34,928 nt of DNA from positions 1 to 34,928 of the forward strand of contig DAINPC010000002.1 in assembly GCA_036743695.1 (NCBI GenBank). The letters run 5' to 3'. Below are positions 32,535 to 34,928 of the stretch, in pieces; positions within the stretch are counted from its first letter, which is position 1, and every line of letters starts with the position of its first letter. The notes under the pieces are model-generated. The model had not been told where the DNA came from. It saw only the letters and a program-made list of their open reading frames with translations, and made no database searches. Position numbers and translations under genes: made by a program. The DNA is from Solirubrobacteraceae bacterium. GTDB lineage: Bacteria > Actinomycetota > Thermoleophilia > Solirubrobacterales > Solirubrobacteraceae.

Positions 32535-33446
32535 ATGCGTCATCGCATTCTTGGACTCACGATCGCGGCACTGGCTGGGGCGGCCATGCTCGCGAGCACA
32601 TCGCAGGCCTCGGAGCTGCCGGTCATCTACAACGGGGCACTCGGCTACGCGCACATCAGCTCCACCGCCAGCCCCCCCGGCGCCAACGACTTCGCGTGCA
32701 AGCCCTCCGCTGCGCATCCGCGGCCGGTGATCCTCGTGCACGGCACCTTCGCCGACATGTCTGACAGCTGGCAGGCGCTCTCGCCGCTGCTCTACAACCA
32801 CGGCTACTGCGTGTTCGCGCTCAACTACGGATCCTACGCCGGCGCGGGGTCGCTCAGCATATACGCCACGGGGAACATCGTCCAGTCCGCCGAACAGCTC
32901 TCCAGCTTCGTCAACCGGGTGCTCGCGGCCACGGGCGCGAGCCAGGTGGACCTCGTCGGGCACTCCCAGGGCGGAATGATGCCGCGCTACTACCTCAAGA
33001 GCCTCGGCGGCGCCTCCAAGGTGCACACGCTGGTGGGCCTGGCCCCGTCCAATCACGGCACCACCCTGCTTGGGCTGGCCACGCTGGCGGGCTACTTCCC
33101 CGGCGCGATCGCCTTCCTGGGCATCCTCTGCCCGGCATGTGAACAGCAGACCGCCGGATCGTCGTTCATCACCAGCCTCAACTCCGGCGGCGACACCGTC
33201 GCGGGGGTCAGCTACACGGTGATCGAGTCGATCTACGACGAGGTCGTCACCCCGTACACCTCGGCGTTCCTGTCCGGGTCGAACGTGAAGAACGTCAACC
33301 TCCAGAAGCAGTGCTTCCTGGACGGAGGCGAGCACCTCTCGATGCCCTACGACCACATCGCCGACGCGGACGTGCTGAGCGCCCTCGACCCGGCGCACCC
33401 GCAGAATCCTGCCTGCTATCCGGTGCTGCCGGTCATCGGCGGCTGA
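32535..33446 (+). CDS. Secreted lipase/esterase (Lipase_2-like alpha/beta hydrolase)
   Basis: GGAGG SD; signal peptide; PVILVHGTF, GHSQGG, APSNHGTT, DEVVTP, EHL. Confidence 0.92.
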   Translation: MRHRILGLTIAALAGAAMLASTSQASELPVIYNGALGYAHISSTASPPGANDFACKPSAAHPRPVILVHGTFADMSDSWQALSPLLYNHGYCVFALNYGSYAGAGSLSIYATGNIVQSAEQLSSFVNRVLAATGASQVDLVGHSQGGMMPRYYLKSLGGASKVHTLVGLAPSNHGTTLLGLATLAGYFPGAIAFLGILCPACEQQTAGSSFITSLNSGGDTVAGVSYTVIESIYDEVVTPYTSAFLSGSNVKNVNLQKQCFLDGGEHLSMPYDHIADADVLSALDPAHPQNPACYPVLPVIGG

Positions 33447-33545
33447 GACGGCACGGGCTTCCTCGGCGAGCATCTGTGGCGGGTTGGATCACCGCCACAG
33501 GTGCTCGCCGGGGCCCAGCTCCGAGCCCAGCGCCAGGCCGGGCTG

Positions 33546-34928
33546 CTAGCCCGCTGGAACGTCGAGCACGCGGGTGCCCCAGTTGCGCTTGCCATCGGCG
33601 GTCTGGCTGGCCTTCGGCGGAACGTACTCGGTCGCCAGCCACACCGAGCTGCCCCCCGGATCCATGACCGCCCAGGAGTAGTCGCCCCAGCGTTCGGCTT
33701 CGGGGTCGTAGCTGGTGTTGCCGGCCGCGGCCACGCTGATCGGCCCAAACGACGTGGCCGCGGGCGCGAGCACCGTGTAGGCGGCGCTGGGGAAGCGCTT
33801 GGCGCCCGTGAGCGTGAGCACCATCGCCGCGTTGCCCGAGGGCGTGAGCGCCAGCGCGGGATAGAGCACGTAGTTGCCCGCCGATGCGACGTAGCCCTGA
33901 CGATGCATCACCGCGCCTGTGAGCGCGCCTTTGCGCAGGGCCGGTTTGACCTGGAACCACGCCGCCCCGGCACGCTGGCTCGGATCGCCCACCACGTTGA
34001 CGGCCGTGCCCAGCTCTCCCCAGACGCTGCCGTTGATGAACTGCGCCTGCTGCATGCGATCGTCGCCCGGGTCGATGACGCTTGAGGTCCCCCTCTGTTC
34101 GCCGGGCGGCGCCAGAGCGTAGGCCTCCGAGGGCGCCACGACGCTCGACAACGTGGGCACGCCGCCTTTGCCGACGAGCTGGCGTTCGCCGATGGCCCAT
34201 ACGCCGACCCGCTGGTCACCGGTCCCCGTGGGGTCCAGCGCGCTCAGGAAGAGCTCCGCGTTGGACGTCCCCGTCGTGAGCGCCGGCTGCACCGAGGCCG
34301 CGACGCCGCCGCCGATGGTGAGCTTGTCGAAGTGCACGAAGTGCAGCGCGGGCTTCAGGGCGACGAGGTCGCGCTTGGCGAACGCGTAGATCTGCGCGCC
34401 GTTGAACTGTTCGCCCTGCAGTGAGAACTCGTTGGTGGTCACGTAGAGGTTCTCCGAGTCGATCCCGAGCGTGGGCTGGTCGCCCAGACACGGGCAGCCC
34501 CTGTGACGCGGCCCGGTCTTGCCGCCGAGGTCGGTGGTGTTGACCTTGTAGTTGGTCCACGGGGTCCTCGGGTCGCCCGAGGTGTTGACCGCCACGTCAA
34601 CGAACGATTCGGTTTCTTCTTTGTTGATGGCCAGGATCGTGGCAAACCAGGTGTTGGTGGCAGCGTCGTAATGGCAGCGCGGATCGCTGGTGAATTCGGT
34701 CAGGCCTTCCTCGAACGGCCCGTTGACGTTGAACGGCCCAGCCATTGCCTTGCCGTTGGTGTCGTACACGGTGTAGGCGGAGTTGACCATCTCCACGACG
34801 AAGCCATTGCCGACGCACAGGCCCTGATCGGGCGGCTCGAACTCCAACCCGAAGTTGGTCAGCGCGCTGTCGCGGCTGCTCACGCCGTTGAAGTTGGCCA
34901 GCAGCGAGCTCGACGCGTTGGCGAGCGC
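33546..34928 (-). CDS. Hypothetical beta-rich (propeller-like) protein, probably extracellular; 5' end lies beyond the window
   Basis: Open to the right edge; PPDQGLCVG, SDPRCHYD, DQPTLG, RWGDYS motifs; strong codon bias. Confidence 0.75.
   Translation of the reverse strand, partial: ALANASSSLLANFNGVSSRDSALTNFGLEFEPPDQGLCVGNGFVVEMVNSAYTVYDTNGKAMAGPFNVNGPFEEGLTEFTSDPRCHYDAATNTWFATILAINKEETESFVDVAVNTSGDPRTPWTNYKVNTTDLGGKTGPRHRGCPCLGDQPTLGIDSENLYVTTNEFSLQGEQFNGAQIYAFAKRDLVALKPALHFVHFDKLTIGGGVAASVQPALTTGTSNAELFLSALDPTGTGDQRVGVWAIGERQLVGKGGVPTLSSVVAPSEAYALAPPGEQRGTSSVIDPGDDRMQQAQFINGSVWGELGTAVNVVGDPSQRAGAAWFQVKPALRKGALTGAVMHRQGYVASAGNYVLYPALALTPSGNAAMVLTLTGAKRFPSAAYTVLAPAATSFGPISVAAAGNTSYDPEAERWGDYSWAVMDPGGSSVWLATEYVPPKASQTADGKRNWGTRVLDVPAG

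Overview
High-GC bacterial DNA, most likely Actinomycetota. The protein families and signal-peptide style suggest Thermoleophilia/Solirubrobacterales, but this is an inference. From left to right: (1) housekeeping or secreted enzymes (CocE/NonD hydrolase, NADP oxidoreductase, dienelactone hydrolase), a methyltransferase/GtrA/GT2 surface-glycosylation set and a 12-repeat NHL protein. (2) A divergent tRNA-Ser(GCT)/tRNA-Ser(TGA) pair followed by a decayed island of about 5 kb (9820-14860), bounded by a degenerate 31-bp direct repeat. It carries a coiled-coil/winged-helix protein, a GT-C-like membrane protein, a second GT2, a truncated GtrA, and IS3, serine-recombinase and SnoaL remnants. (3) The most notable locus, about 11 kb (14914-25904): four paralogous exported arylsulfotransferases (ASST), an MFS exporter, and a Tat-exported Cys-type sulfatase embedded on the opposite strand and overlapping both neighbours. 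(4) A SMARCAL1/HARP-like SNF2 helicase, a Zn alcohol dehydrogenase, an SRPBCC protein, an RCK channel with a non-canonical filter, a lipase and a partial secreted protein. All family assignments come from reading motifs by eye; no database searches were run.
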